The notes below the pieces were generated by a model. It was given only the letters and a program-made list of their open reading frames with translations. It had not been told where the DNA came from and did not search any database. Shown here one piece after another: positions 32,201 through 45,500 of a DNA stretch of 64,000 bases (positions are counted from its first letter, which is position 1; each line of letters starts with the position of its first letter). The DNA comes from a virus. Lineage: Duplodnaviria > Caudoviricetes. The stretch covers positions 32,001 through 96,000 of IMG/VR virus record IMGVR_UViG_3300028888_000069; one strand, written 5' to 3'. Made by a program: the position numbers and the translations under genes.

Positions 32201-35200
32201 CTCCATCTTCATAAAAGATTGAAGGTTTTGTGCTGGAATACGAGAAGATGTAAAAAATTTAGATTTCATAAAAGAAGTATGACGTTTCTTAGATATTTCT
32301 TTCATGTATAATTTATTCCAATAACTTAATTTAGAAGGCTCGTGGCCTCTTTTTAATTTATTTACTTCATTTACTAAATTATTTAATACATCTGCATCAT
32401 CAATTTTTAAGGTAGCTTTAATAACTCTTTTTACATTATATATTGATGGATATAAAATTTTAGTTTTTATTTCTTTTACTAAATCATCACTTATTTCGTT
32501 CCCAAAAATCTTTCTTACTTCCTCATCAGTAAAAGGCTTTCCAGCATTAAATCTTATATACTCTTCTTTTCTTTTTCCAAAGTCTATTGTAAATACAAAC
32601 TATTTAATATTCTTTAAATAATTAAATAATTCCTAATTTCCCTCCTTTTCTGCCTATTTTATTAAATTATCAAGTATTTTAACTACAAGAGGACAGTTTT
32701 CTCTTTTAAGATTATAAGCAGGCTAAATTAAAGCATATTTATCCGATTTAAAAATAGAATTTATTAAATTAGATATTTCTTTCCTAATTAAATATTGTTC
32801 GTTAGTAATTCTTTCTGGAAGTAAACATCTTGAAAGATTATCTCTATCAATGCAAAATTTAGTAAAAATAGAAGATCCATTTGAAGGAATTATATTATAT
32901 TTATTTAAGAATATAATCTATTCACATATAGTTCCATCACTTGCAAAATAAAAAGTTCTCTTTTTAGATATTACTTTTCCTTCTTTATCTAAGAAATTCT
33001 TCCCATCATAAGTAACACCTTCAGCAACAATTCCTCTTCCTACTTCATATAATGGAATATTATTTCTATCCATTACATATATTCTATGTTTTATATTTCC
33101 AATCTAAGTTGGGTTCCCATTTTCGTCTTTTATATCTTGCCTATAAAGACTAGATTGTTTCCATACTTTCTTTTTTTGGCTATATAAATCTGAATTGGAA
33201 CTTGGAGATAAAGATATATAAACATCCTTTTTCCCATTTAAACTAAGTAATTGAAAATCAAAATCATATTTTTCTGCGTCTATTTTATTATCAATATAAT
33301 TATCAAAATAATCAGGATTAGATTCTATATCGTACATACTATCATAGGTAGATAAACCAAACTAAGAAGCATATACATTGGACATTATAACTTCTGCTGA
33401 TTTATATTTCATATCAGTTACCTTATATAAATTGCCATTTCTATCCTAATATTGTCCCTGATCTAATAATCTCAAAAATTCTGGAATAATTACCTTTTGA
33501 TAATGTGCTATAGATATTTGAGCAGCCTATGAATTCTTAGCTTGTTTTCCAAGCTAATAAAGTTCAATATAAGGCCATGTATCAAATATATTTCTATTGA
33601 CAATTTTCCCGGAAGGGGTTTCATAAGAAAAATGTATTCTAGCTGGAGCCAAATCCCTAGGTTTATTTCTTACTATAGAAGTTTCTAATATTGAAATTTC
33701 TGCATTAGGAGATAGTTCTATTTTATTCCCGTTTTCATCATATATATCAGCTTTCTTTAAAATTAAATCTTTAACAAAATCTTCAGTATTCATTTTAAAT
33801 TCATAATACTGAGGTATTGTTTTAAGATTTACTTCTACCTATAGGTTATTATTTACAAATGGCATTCCTCCCTCTATATATTCATGTTTGAATTTTATTC
33901 TTACTCTACTTAACGGATCATAATTCCTTAATATTTCTTGTTTTTTAGAAGGTGTCCATAATTTGCTGTCTTTCCAAGATATTATATTATCATCTGGAGC
34001 TACTTCTTTTAAATAGGAGTCTACTAAAGTTTTATTATATAAAATCTAATCCGTTAAATAAGGAGGCCTTTTTTGAGGATTAAGTCTAAAATAATTTCTT
34101 GCTTCTTTTAAAACATCTGGATATTGTAACTTTTTTCCATTTATTTCATATATCTAGTATATTCCATAAGAAGGTACCATTACCTAACCTATTCCAGGAT
34201 ATTTTCTTTTTATAGCTTTACTATTTAATATAGAAGCAACAGTAGAAAGAATTTGACCATATACGTTATGATCACTAAATGGAATTTTAAAAGTGTCGTT
34301 AAGGTGGTTTTCGTTTAGATTAAAGTTCTTTTTTATATTTCTCAATATACTTTCTAATAATCCTGCTCTTCCACCATTTTCACTAAAATTATTTATGATA
34401 GTATTTCCAACAACTCTGTATAAATCAGCAAAATCCCCTTTTTCTATTGCTCCTTTTAGAGCATCTAATTCTACCTAAGCCGCTTTTAATGTTTGTTCAC
34501 CAATGGCCTCATATAATTCCTATACTTCTTCGTGATAATATCCACCGGAATCTAAAGCAGATATAACTTGAGACATTTCTGTTACTTCCGCTTCATCTGC
34601 TTCATGGTCAGAATCCTATTGAGGACCGTATTTCTAAGTGCTTGCTTTAGTAGTTTTTAATTCCTTATTAGGGTCTAATAAATCTCTAAAAGAATTAACA
34701 TTAGAATATCCATTTTTCATCGCAGATTTATAAACAATACAATCAATTAATTTATACTTTAAAGGCTGATAATAATAAGTTTGATTTACTGGAGGTCTTT
34801 TGCCATTTTCTTTCTAATAACGAGCATTTTCTTCTGTAGGCACACAAACATTATTCATAAAATTGACAACTATATAATTAGAACTTTCTGAATATTCTAA
34901 ATTTCCATCCACTAAAGATTCACAGTACATTCCTCCCATTGCTTGCCATAGCCTATAAAGAGAATTAATAGTATCAAGACCTTCTAACTTTTTAGTAGAT
35001 CTTATATGTCCCTTTTCATTACTAAAATAATGATATACTGTTCTTATTTCATTAAAATTGCCATCACCAGAAGCATCTACTTCTTTTTCTTTTGTATAAT
35101 AAGTACCATCTTCATCTCTTCCAAAATCTATAATTTCATAATGTTTATCATCAAGCATGTAGAATAGCTGTTTTCCCATTAATATATTCTTTCCAAAAGT

Positions 35201-38200
35201 TTTATTTCCAATAACAGCTGACCAACCTTTTTTTGATAAATCTATTTCATCATCCGCCCATCTTTTATCGGCCATTTTCTTGAAAGCCATTCCCAAAGAA
35301 TAATCACTTGCTTCTGACCTTCTCATTAATTCATTAGTTATTGTATTAACAGCATATTTTACTAATTTTCTTCCTCCATATTTTGGTATATCAATATCCC
35401 ATAAAGGTTTTTTTACTTCATAACCAACCGCATTATCGCCTAAAGAATAATTTTCTAATATAGATGTAAAGGCAGTCATATGAGCAGATCCATCGTGAGC
35501 ATCTATAGTTTTGCCTTTAGACCAACCATTTTTTCCTATAAAATCAAAAACAGGTGCTTTATCATCTTCGACAACAGCTATTGTATATTCCGAAACTATT
35601 CCATTTATTTCTCCTTGTCTATATCTATCCATTGTTCCTGGATTTGCCACTGTTCTTTTTGACTGAGCTAATATACCTAATGCTTGTATTCTAGAAGAAA
35701 GATTTTCATATTCTAATTTTACTTTAGACAATAAGTCTTCTGGAAATTTTTCTCCCAATGTTTCTAAAGGAGCGTTTGCTATTGTCCTTAGGTCAGATAT
35801 GGTAACTATGACGTTTTCTACATCATCTGTTGCAAGTTTTCCGTTTAATATATTTATTGCTCCTTTTATAAGCCCTTTCTAAGTAGGATCAAAATTTTCT
35901 AATATATTAATATTAGAAAAAGTTTTAATAGCATGAAAAGCCTCTGTTCCCATTATTTGATGTCTTAAATTCTCATTTACAAGAGCATTAAAATAGACAT
36001 ACATTTGTATAGCAGGATTATATTCTATATGTTCTCCTTCATTTAATTCAATTGGATTATTTAATATATAATTATCAACATTTCCTTCGGAATCGGTTTT
36101 TTTAGCTAGAATAAGAACCCCGTCGGTTGTTACCCAATCTTTTACCCCGTTTTTACCTAATATAGTTTCTAAAATTCCCGAATAAGAATCGTTGTTTACC
36201 TTTAATAAGGTATAATATTGCATTAAAGAATTTACATATTCTCTTGTTTGATTTCTTAAATATTGGGCTATTGAATTTTCATCATTGAATACATGTAAAC
36301 CCATTCTAACTACCGTTTCATTTATTGTACAATATCCTCCTCTAAATGGCCTATAATGTAATTCTTCATAAACTTCTACTCCTTTACTATTAGCCTATTC
36401 TATAAAATCCCTATAATTTAATTCTTTTAATTTCTATTCGGCTTTAAATAAAATATCTTCTATTTTCTCTCTATTTTTTTTAAATTTATCAAGAGTAAAA
36501 TACCCTTCTTTACTGTCGCCTTCATTTAAAGAGTCATAAAAACCAAATATTCTATTATAATCATAAGCTATATTATATACTAAATTTTTATAATAATTAC
36601 CTAATGTATTAGATATAGCTTCTACATAGTCTCCTTCTTTTTTTGTTGCCCATTCTTTTACTTTATTCTGTACTTCTCCTTCTTTTGAATTAAAAATATC
36701 AATCCCAAGTTTTTCCAAAGCTATTCTAAAATTTATAAATCTTTTTTTGTCAGAATAACATACAGGTTGTGCCAAAAATTGTCCTTCTTTTAATGGAAGC
36801 AAAAACTTGTGAAGGAAATTATGCTGCAATAATTCAGAATCTGTAAAATCTGATACCTATTTAGATTCCCCATACTTATTAAATTCTGAATCCATAGTTA
36901 TATTCAAAACAGCATTTATAGCCCCTTCTTTAGTAAATAATAAGTTATTTGTTACACAGCTATAATCAGTTTCTGCTTTTCCTACATAAGCTGTTCTAAG
37001 AGTTTCCAACCAAATATCCATAAAAGCTTTTGAATGATTTGGCTATTTATCACCATTTCCATTGGTAGTTGTAGGTTTATTATATTTGTCTCCTAATTTA
37101 TTTTTTGCGTCTGAATAATCATCAAAAATAGTATCACCTTCTGACAGAGAAGTGCCTATCATTACCCTTCCTTCATTTGGAATTTCTAAAAATATTTTTC
37201 TATTATCTAAATCACTAGATAATAATTTTCTCATAGGCCTATCAGCATCAGTCCAAAATCTGCTATCTTTAAACCAATCATCAAAATATTCTACATTTTC
37301 TTGACTTTCGTTTATCCTATATTCATTATACCTACTATTTATATCAGCAGCTCCTAATACCCTAGCTGCAGCCATTACAAACCTATTTAATGGAGAAAAC
37401 CTATCGTCCTATGTACTTCTTAATACTTTTTCTTTAGAATCTTTAATTAATAAATCAAGTATTTTATAATCTTGTAATAATTCTAATTGGAGTTCTGTGT
37501 CTATAAAATTTAAAAGATTAAGAAACATGCCTACTTTTACAGTACTTTCATGACTTAAATTATGTAAAAAGCTCTCTGTTCCAATAAATTTATTTTTTCC
37601 TCTTATTCCATCTACAAATTCTTCTATGTCTACAGAAGTTTCAATTCCATTATCTTCATGTATAATATGAATTGATTGTGTAGCATTTCTTTCTTCAAAT
37701 TGGAATGTAGGTTCTATAGTTTTTATTTCTAAACGATAAGACTTATCTGGAAAATATATTTTAATAATTTTTTCTTGTTCTAGGGTAGGCTATTCATAAG
37801 AAATAAAATAGCCATTCGTTGAATAAATTTGATGCTATGCTCTACTTTTTAATTCAAAAACTTCATTTCTAGTTTTCGATTTCTTAATATCCTATACGGT
37901 AATATTTCCGTTATCAGAAACTCTTGTATCCAAATAATTAACAGGACTAGTTGAAGTAAAAGTTGCTATTATAGAAGAACAAATACCATAAACATCTGTA
38001 TTAATTACAGAACTATTTTCTTTATTTTCTATTTGCCAAATTCCTACCTACTATTTCCCGTTTCCAAAATGACCGTACATAAATCTATAGACGTCTTTAA
38101 ATACTTGAAAATCGGAATCAATTAATCTATCTTGTTTTAGATCAATTCCTTTACTAATTAAGCCTCTTCTAACTCTATTTGGGTCATTATCAAAAATTCC

Positions 38201-39526
38201 ACGTGTATTTCCTACCCTAACTGGTAATTTTCCGTTTATTAATAATATTCTAAATATATTATATAAGGCTTCTGGTTGGTTTCCATTAGCCAAATCATAA
38301 AATGCGTTTTTTAATGCTATTTCCCAAGTGCTATTTCCAAGTATGTTAACAGTTGATCTTAACCTTGAAAGAGCAGCAACATAATCTTTTAATTTTAAGT
38401 ATCCCCCATTTTCGCGAGGGATACTTTCTATTATTCTTTTTGAAAATTTTCCAGTCTATTTTAAAGCATCAGAAATTGTGTTAGTCCAATCTCCTTTTAA
38501 AGCATTTTTTACTTTTAATTGATATTTATATTTAGTAACGGTTTCTCCTCTTCTATTTTGTTCTTTGACTATAGGAGAAGAATATTTTTTATTTCCTTGT
38601 ATAAACCCTATATCACTTTTTATAATATCGTCAAAATGCTCTAACATTAAATAAGCATTTATTGCTTCCAATAAATTTGAATCAGACGTTTTTCCGGTTA
38701 TTGCATTTAAAAAATCTTCATTTAATTTCTCAAAGTAGCCATTCTCATTTTCTTCTTTAAGTTCACTTATATATTGTGCAAATAAAGACATTAATTTAGG
38801 AAAATGAAGAGAGTTATATGTGTAATTAACATCATATTTACTTAAAGCAAGTGGTTTTATTTTCCCTGTTTCTGAATCAAAATGGTTTTTCTTTAGAAAA
38901 TCCTGTTTAGTTATAAGAAAGTCATGGATAATCCTGGTAAGTTTATTTATATAATAACATAATCCTTCGTTTAAATCTCTTTCATTTCTAATAAGCCTAG
39001 AAGATTCTATATTAGGTCCTCTTTGTACTACACATAAATCAAAAATTTTATGAAAAGCATCATCCTTGAAAAAGGAAATTAATACATCATTATTTCCAAA
39101 ATAGTCTTCATAATCATCCTTTATTTCTCTTTCTTCTTCGTCTTCTTCTTGAGTTAAATTAACTTCCTTTTTTTCTTCTTTTTGAACAGGTTTTATATTT
39201 TCTGTTTTAGAATCACTAAATTCTCTTTCTATATATTTCTTTACTTTTTCTTTTTCATCGTCTAAAATATTTATTTTATCTACGCTACTTATAAGAGATT
39301 CTTTTAAATTATTTATAGAAGTATCAAATTCTTCCTAATCATACATTGTTTCTCCTGAATCATTAGGAATATTTTCTAATGGAATGCCCATCTTCTATTT
39401 TAAAAATTTTTTTAATTCTCCATATTTTAAATAAGATCTGTCTTTTAAAAATTTTGTTAATTGTCTTTTTATTAAAACATCATCCTTCTAAAATAAACTT
39501 TTAACTTCACAAGAATTACCTAACAT
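29297..39526 (-). CDS. virion-packaged two-barrel RNA polymerase of crAss-like phages (~3409 aa, TAG=Gln)
   Basis: Eleven co-framed fragments. Catalytic loop GSDYDIDK (DYDID 32114-32128) preceded by SRIPAQ. Also DAHDG and ATDNAK. Starts MLGNSC, ends RQICV-TAA. Confidence 0.9.
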
Positions 39527-39537
39527 TTTTATTATAT

Positions 39538-42500
39538 TTAGCAGTTTAATAGTTTATTAACTAATTTATCTAAAAATTCTTCTTTATATTTTTCTTCTTC
39601 CCCTTCATTGAGTTTATCAGAAAGGTTTTGTAAAAGTGATTTTATTATATTTTCTTTTCCTTCCTTAATAGATTCTATTAAATATTCTTTTTTGGATAAT
39701 ATTTTTCCATTCCTTTCTTGATCACTTAGGACATCTAAAGCTTTTAATCCCTCATCTATAAGATCTCCTGTTTCTTCCTCATCAAAACCTTCATTATCAA
39801 AAAGATAACTTTTAATAGCATTATCTAAACCCTCTTCTGTAAGTTCATTATTAGTTGGGTCTACAGTTGCTCCTTTTATTTCAACTTCTCCTCTATCATT
39901 TATTAATACTTTAAAATCTCCCCCACTATTAGTTAAAAAGTGTATTTCTTCTCCTCTTAATTCAAAATGTCCATTCCCTTTTTCTTTGATAGAAGAGACT
40001 TCTTTTAAAACAGTCCATTTATAATTATCTTTTCCTTCTTTATTTATATTTATAGGAATATTTCCTATAAGAGAGTTGTGGTTTTCAAGGGGTTTTGTAG
40101 AAATATCATTTATTATACTTCTTATATTATCACCAACAAGATTCTTGTATATATCAAAAGGTCCCCAACCCACTTCTGAAGCCTCTTTTAAAGTTTCTTC
40201 TATGGTTTCTTCATCTACTATTTCTAACTTAAATAGTTCATTATTAAATAAGAAATGTGTTATTTCTTTTTTCTTTTCCTCTTCTTTTACTTCAATTCTA
40301 GAAGTGTCTTCCTAATAATCATCAAAAGATATTTCTATAACAGAAGATCTAGGAACTTTATCGGTCAAGTAATATTGTATCTAAGTTGCTGATTTCTAAT
40401 ATCCTAAACCATTTCGTGTCTTCTTAGATAATAAAGTGTCTACTAACATTCCTTGCCAAAATAAAGATTTTCTCATATGAGGAGGTCTTTTTCCTTTCAC
40501 AAAGTCGTTAACAGTTCCACCTATTGAAACAGAACCATGTAAGGCTAGATTTATCATATTTATAAATCTTCTGTCATTAGCTTCTGTGCCATCATCACTC
40601 AAATAAATTCCAGGCTAAGAATCATATTCTCCATCAGTAGAGTAAGCAGATAAATCATATAAAGGTCTTAATCTAGGTTTTCCTTCTAATACTTCTAGTA
40701 TAGAACCAAAAGACATTGTCATTTCATTATCTTTTCCCTTATTTAATATAATTCTGTCTTCTATTATATCGTCATTTTCTTTGAATTTAGTTGCATTAAT
40801 AGCAGTAGCTACTTTAACCAATAATAAAGGAAGTACTTTTAATCGATCAACTCCTTCTAAAGATATTGAAACGTCTTTATCTAAAGTGAAAGTTAAAGTT
40901 CCGCCCTTTCTTTCTTTAGCATTATTTAATAGATTTATCCAATTTTTTTCATCAGTAGCATAATCTATTAAATCCTATTCTTTTATAGAATCTATAACTT
41001 CTTTTGGGAAAACTTTATAAATTAACTAATTAAATAGCTCTTCTACCATTCCTAGGTTTTGATTAGCTACTATAGGATTTATATAAGCATATCCTTCTTC
41101 ATATTCTTTATGCCCATAAGTTTTAGTAATTGAATCTCTTATATATACACCATGTTTAGATTCATAACCAAGTCTAAACTGAGGATTTTTAGAAGAACCA
41201 TTAAAGTCTATTACAGATTTTACATCTTCTAAATCTTCTTTAGTCAGTTCAAAATTTTTATAATTTAAACTTGAATATGTTTCAGATTCTCTTACTTCTT
41301 TTGAAAATTTATTTAAATCTATTGATTCTAGTTCTTTTAACCATGTTTCATAACTTTGTCCCTCTTCATGTTTTAAATCCCATATAAAATGAAGTTTAGA
41401 TTCTATTTCAGCTCTTCTTTGAGCTTCTCTTAATATCTGTTCTTCATTATCAGATTTCAATAATCTTCCAAAGTATTCTAATAATTCTTTTTTATATGCC
41501 CTTAAATTTGATCTAAAATTCCAAAAAGCAGTAAACATTCTTATAGATTGAGGAAGAGCTTCAAAAGGGAATGTATAAGTATCACCATGTTTTGTTTCAA
41601 AAGCATAATTATATCCTTTATTATATAAAGATTCAAAACTAACACCTGCATGATCTAATGTTATTTTAGATACAAATGGATGCCAAGGAGATGTCTCATC
41701 TGTATAAGCATCAAGTAATTCATCTTCTTTTAAAGTTCTTACACTAGAAACTAAAATGAAAGGTTTGCCCCTTCCTTCAGACTCTTCTCCTGTTCTTTCT
41801 TTTACCCATGTATATACAGGACTTGTTACATAATTTTCTGTTCTGGCATTATAAGCAGAAACAAAATCAGATGATTCTGGAGTAGAATTAACTTCTCTTA
41901 ATCTAACTCTAGTTCTTTTATATTTTCCTTTAGAATCTTTTTTAACAGTTCCGTCCTTATTTAATAATTTAGCATCCGCTAATTGAGTTTTTTCTAAGAA
42001 ATTAGGTTTATTAATTCTTTTGCTTCCAACTCTCCATAGCATTGCTAAATTTTCCCTGTATTCATCTGCAAATCTTCCTTTGTCTATATCGTCTATTTTC
42101 TTTTTAAGTTTCCTTATTTCTTCTTCAATCTTTTTTACTCTTTCTTCAGATTCTTCACCTTCTTTTTCTTTCTCTAATTTCTCTATTTTTTGTTCAGCTT
42201 GTTTTGATAAAATATCAAAAGAATTAGTAGCTTTACTATCAGGTAAAACAGATAGGGTAATAGTATATACAGCACCATTATTTAATTTTAATTTCATCTA
42301 GACATCATTTATAGATTTTACTTCCCAATAAGAATCTTTTAATCCCTATTCTTGAGTAACAAAATGATGTATACTAGGATCTAAATCCTCATGTACTGCA
42401 TAATACTCTGCATTTTTCAAAATATCTATTATATCATCTTCGCCTATAGCAAAGTTTTCTTTTACTACATTGTTATAATCGTCTAAAAATCTCCTATACT

Positions 42501-45500
42501 GTACTATAAATTGTATAGGATCTTTTTCCCACACATTAGATAAAATAAGAGATTTAAATTCCCAGAATAATCTAGCATAGTCTTTTTTAGTAGAATTATC
42601 AGAAATTTCTTTCTTTCCTTCTACCATCATTATTGCTAGGTCTCTTTTATTTGGGCCGTCGGTAAGTCTCCAAACAGCACTTCCATCCGGAAGTTCCTCT
42701 CTTTCAGTACCTAAGAAATTAAAATTAGAATAAGAATGTATAGGATAAGAATAATTGAAATCTTCTAAATCTTTTGTTTCAGCTTCCCTAATATCTTTAT
42801 TATCCTATGGGACTAAACCTGTTCCTTCTAATTCTTTTGGATCAACGGGAACATCTATTGGCTTATCTTCACTTATAGGAACCTCTTTTTCTTTCTTTTT
42901 TTCTTCTTCTATTTTTATTGAATCTTCACTATCAACATCAGTTAAATTTAAAGAATTCAACCATTCTAATTCAGATTTCTAAAATGCCTCAATAGCTTCT
43001 GTATTTAATATTACAGAATCAGTGCTATTATCTTCTTGTTTTGGATTTCCTATTACAGAAGTAAGTTTGTTATTTTTTATAATAGTTCCTTTTCTACTTC
43101 TTGTTATAATTGTATAAAGATTCCTCATGAAATTCAGAGTCTAGAAAGGACTAGTAAAATCCCTTTTCCATCCTATGTCTACTACTAAATAATCGCATTC
43201 TTTTCCCTGAACCTGTTCTATAGACAAGGCTTCTTTTACCTTTCCAGCTGCCTTTAGTTTTTTAAATAAATCAGAAGATTCATCACCAACAAATAATATA
43301 TCTCCTTCTAATGAATCTACATCCATATCCTTTGAAGAATCGATAATCATATCTCCTGTAAATTCTTTTCCATTTTTATAGTACTAAAGTCTAAATTCTT
43401 TTAATTTCTGTATAGTTTGTTTATTATTAGTTTCTGTTTCTTCTGATCCTTCTGATGCCCTTAATATATCCATCATCTGTGATAATTTAGTCTAATTATA
43501 ATATTTCCACTTATTTGCGTCCCTTAAAGAAAATCCTAATTTAGGAACTCTAACCATAAAAGTAGATTCTCTAGTTAAACTAAATCCTGGATCTGTATTC
43601 TAATTCTAATTTTCATCTCCAGAAAATATTAATTCTACATCATTAAAAGCTGCCCATTTGCTTAATATTTGAAGTTCTGCATTAGAAAATAATGTGATTT
43701 CATCAATAATTAATCTTTTAGGGGCATCGGGTGTTGTAGATACATTTATTTTTGATATATCAACAGAACGAATTTCTTTATACCCAGAAGGTTCATTTAT
43801 TTTTAATTTTTCTTTATATTTATCATACTGTTCTACTAATATTTTTTTAAGTAGTTCTTCCTTATCAAATTCTTTTACTTTTATTCCCTTTTTAGTAGCA
43901 ATTTCAGATAGATTACCAATCTAAGAATCAGTAGGCCCACTTATCCAATCTCCTTCTTCCATAACAGCCTTATCTACTACAGAAGTTTTTCCAGAACCTC
44001 CTATTCCTGGAATAAATATAGCATTTGATAATAATACTGTATCCTTATTATCGAAATATTCCGAAAAATATGTTAATGCTTTATTAAAGAGGGGCTTATT
44101 AGCTTGATGAGCCATTAATAATCTAATAGCATGTTTTTGAAAAGATAAAGGAGCTAAATTTTTATTTTCTTCTATAAAAGATTTATATTTAGAATAAAAA
44201 GAATCTGGACTTAAAGATATTACTGATAATAAATAGAAAAATTTATCATATTCAGTAAAGTTTTCTAAAGAAATATTTGCATCTAAAAGAGACGATTTCT
44301 ATGTAGCTATTTTAGCTTTATCAAAATTAGAAAGAATTAATTCCAATAGAGTAGTAAGAGTTAGTTCTTTATTTTTTAAAGCTTTTCTTGCATTATTATA
44401 TAATAATTTTTCTATCTGATAAACAGCAGTTTTTGGATTAGAATCGTCTATTTCATCAATTCCATCTAATAAATTAACAGAACCTAAAGTTAAACTAGAT
44501 TTTAAAGAACGTAAAAATTTTAATTTAGTATTTTCAAAATTTTGCTCAAATTCTTTATACATTTTAACTTTATTAATTCTATTATTTCTAGATTTTTTTA
44601 GCCATCCATTTATTTCTTGATAGTAGTTTTCTAGACTCTATACTAATACATTACCAGTATTAGTATTTATTTCTAATAATTCTTCTGCCTTTTCTCCCAA
44701 CATATCTTTATGGGTTCTTATCCATTCATTCAATGCCTTATTGGCAGGTAATTCATGTAGGAAGTTTGTGTCTAGAGATGCCTATTTAATTACAGAACGA
44801 GCTATCTATAATACTTTTAAAGTATTCTCTAAAGCCTTTATTTGTTCATCATTTAATATATAATCTTCTACAGATTCTAATGTTTCAAAATCTTTATATA
44901 TGTCTCGCAATACATTTTCTATATCAGCAAAATTAACACCAATAATAGGAGCAATAGCTTTTAAAACTTTTAGTGTAGGATTACTATCAAAGTTTAATTT
45001 TTCTTTCAGTCTTTTTACTGCCTTATAAAAAGCATTCTAATTAATAGAAGTAATAATAGAATCTATAAATCTATCAGCTATTTTATTAAGGTCCTAACTT
45101 TCTTCTTCCTATAACTAGGATGAATAATGTAATACTTTTTCTGGATTTATATATGCAACTCCTTCTGAAGTAATTATATCGTTGTATTCTGTACTTAATT
45201 CAGAAAAAACAGCGGCTTTTTCATCAAGGGTTGTTACGGTTTCCCCTTCATGAGAATCGCTAACTAATGTTATAGCATAATCAGAAGGATTATTAATAAG
45301 ATATTGAAGTCTTATAAAATCATATAGATTTTTAACAAAAGGAGTATCTTCTTCAATAAATATTCCAGATTTACTTTTTTCTCCTGTTCCTATTAAATCA
45401 TTTAATTCTCCTACAAAATCTTCAAAAGAAATAAAAGAATCAAATTTTTTCTTATCATTAAAATTAATAAAATCTATTCCACCTTTTGTTATAAATCGAG

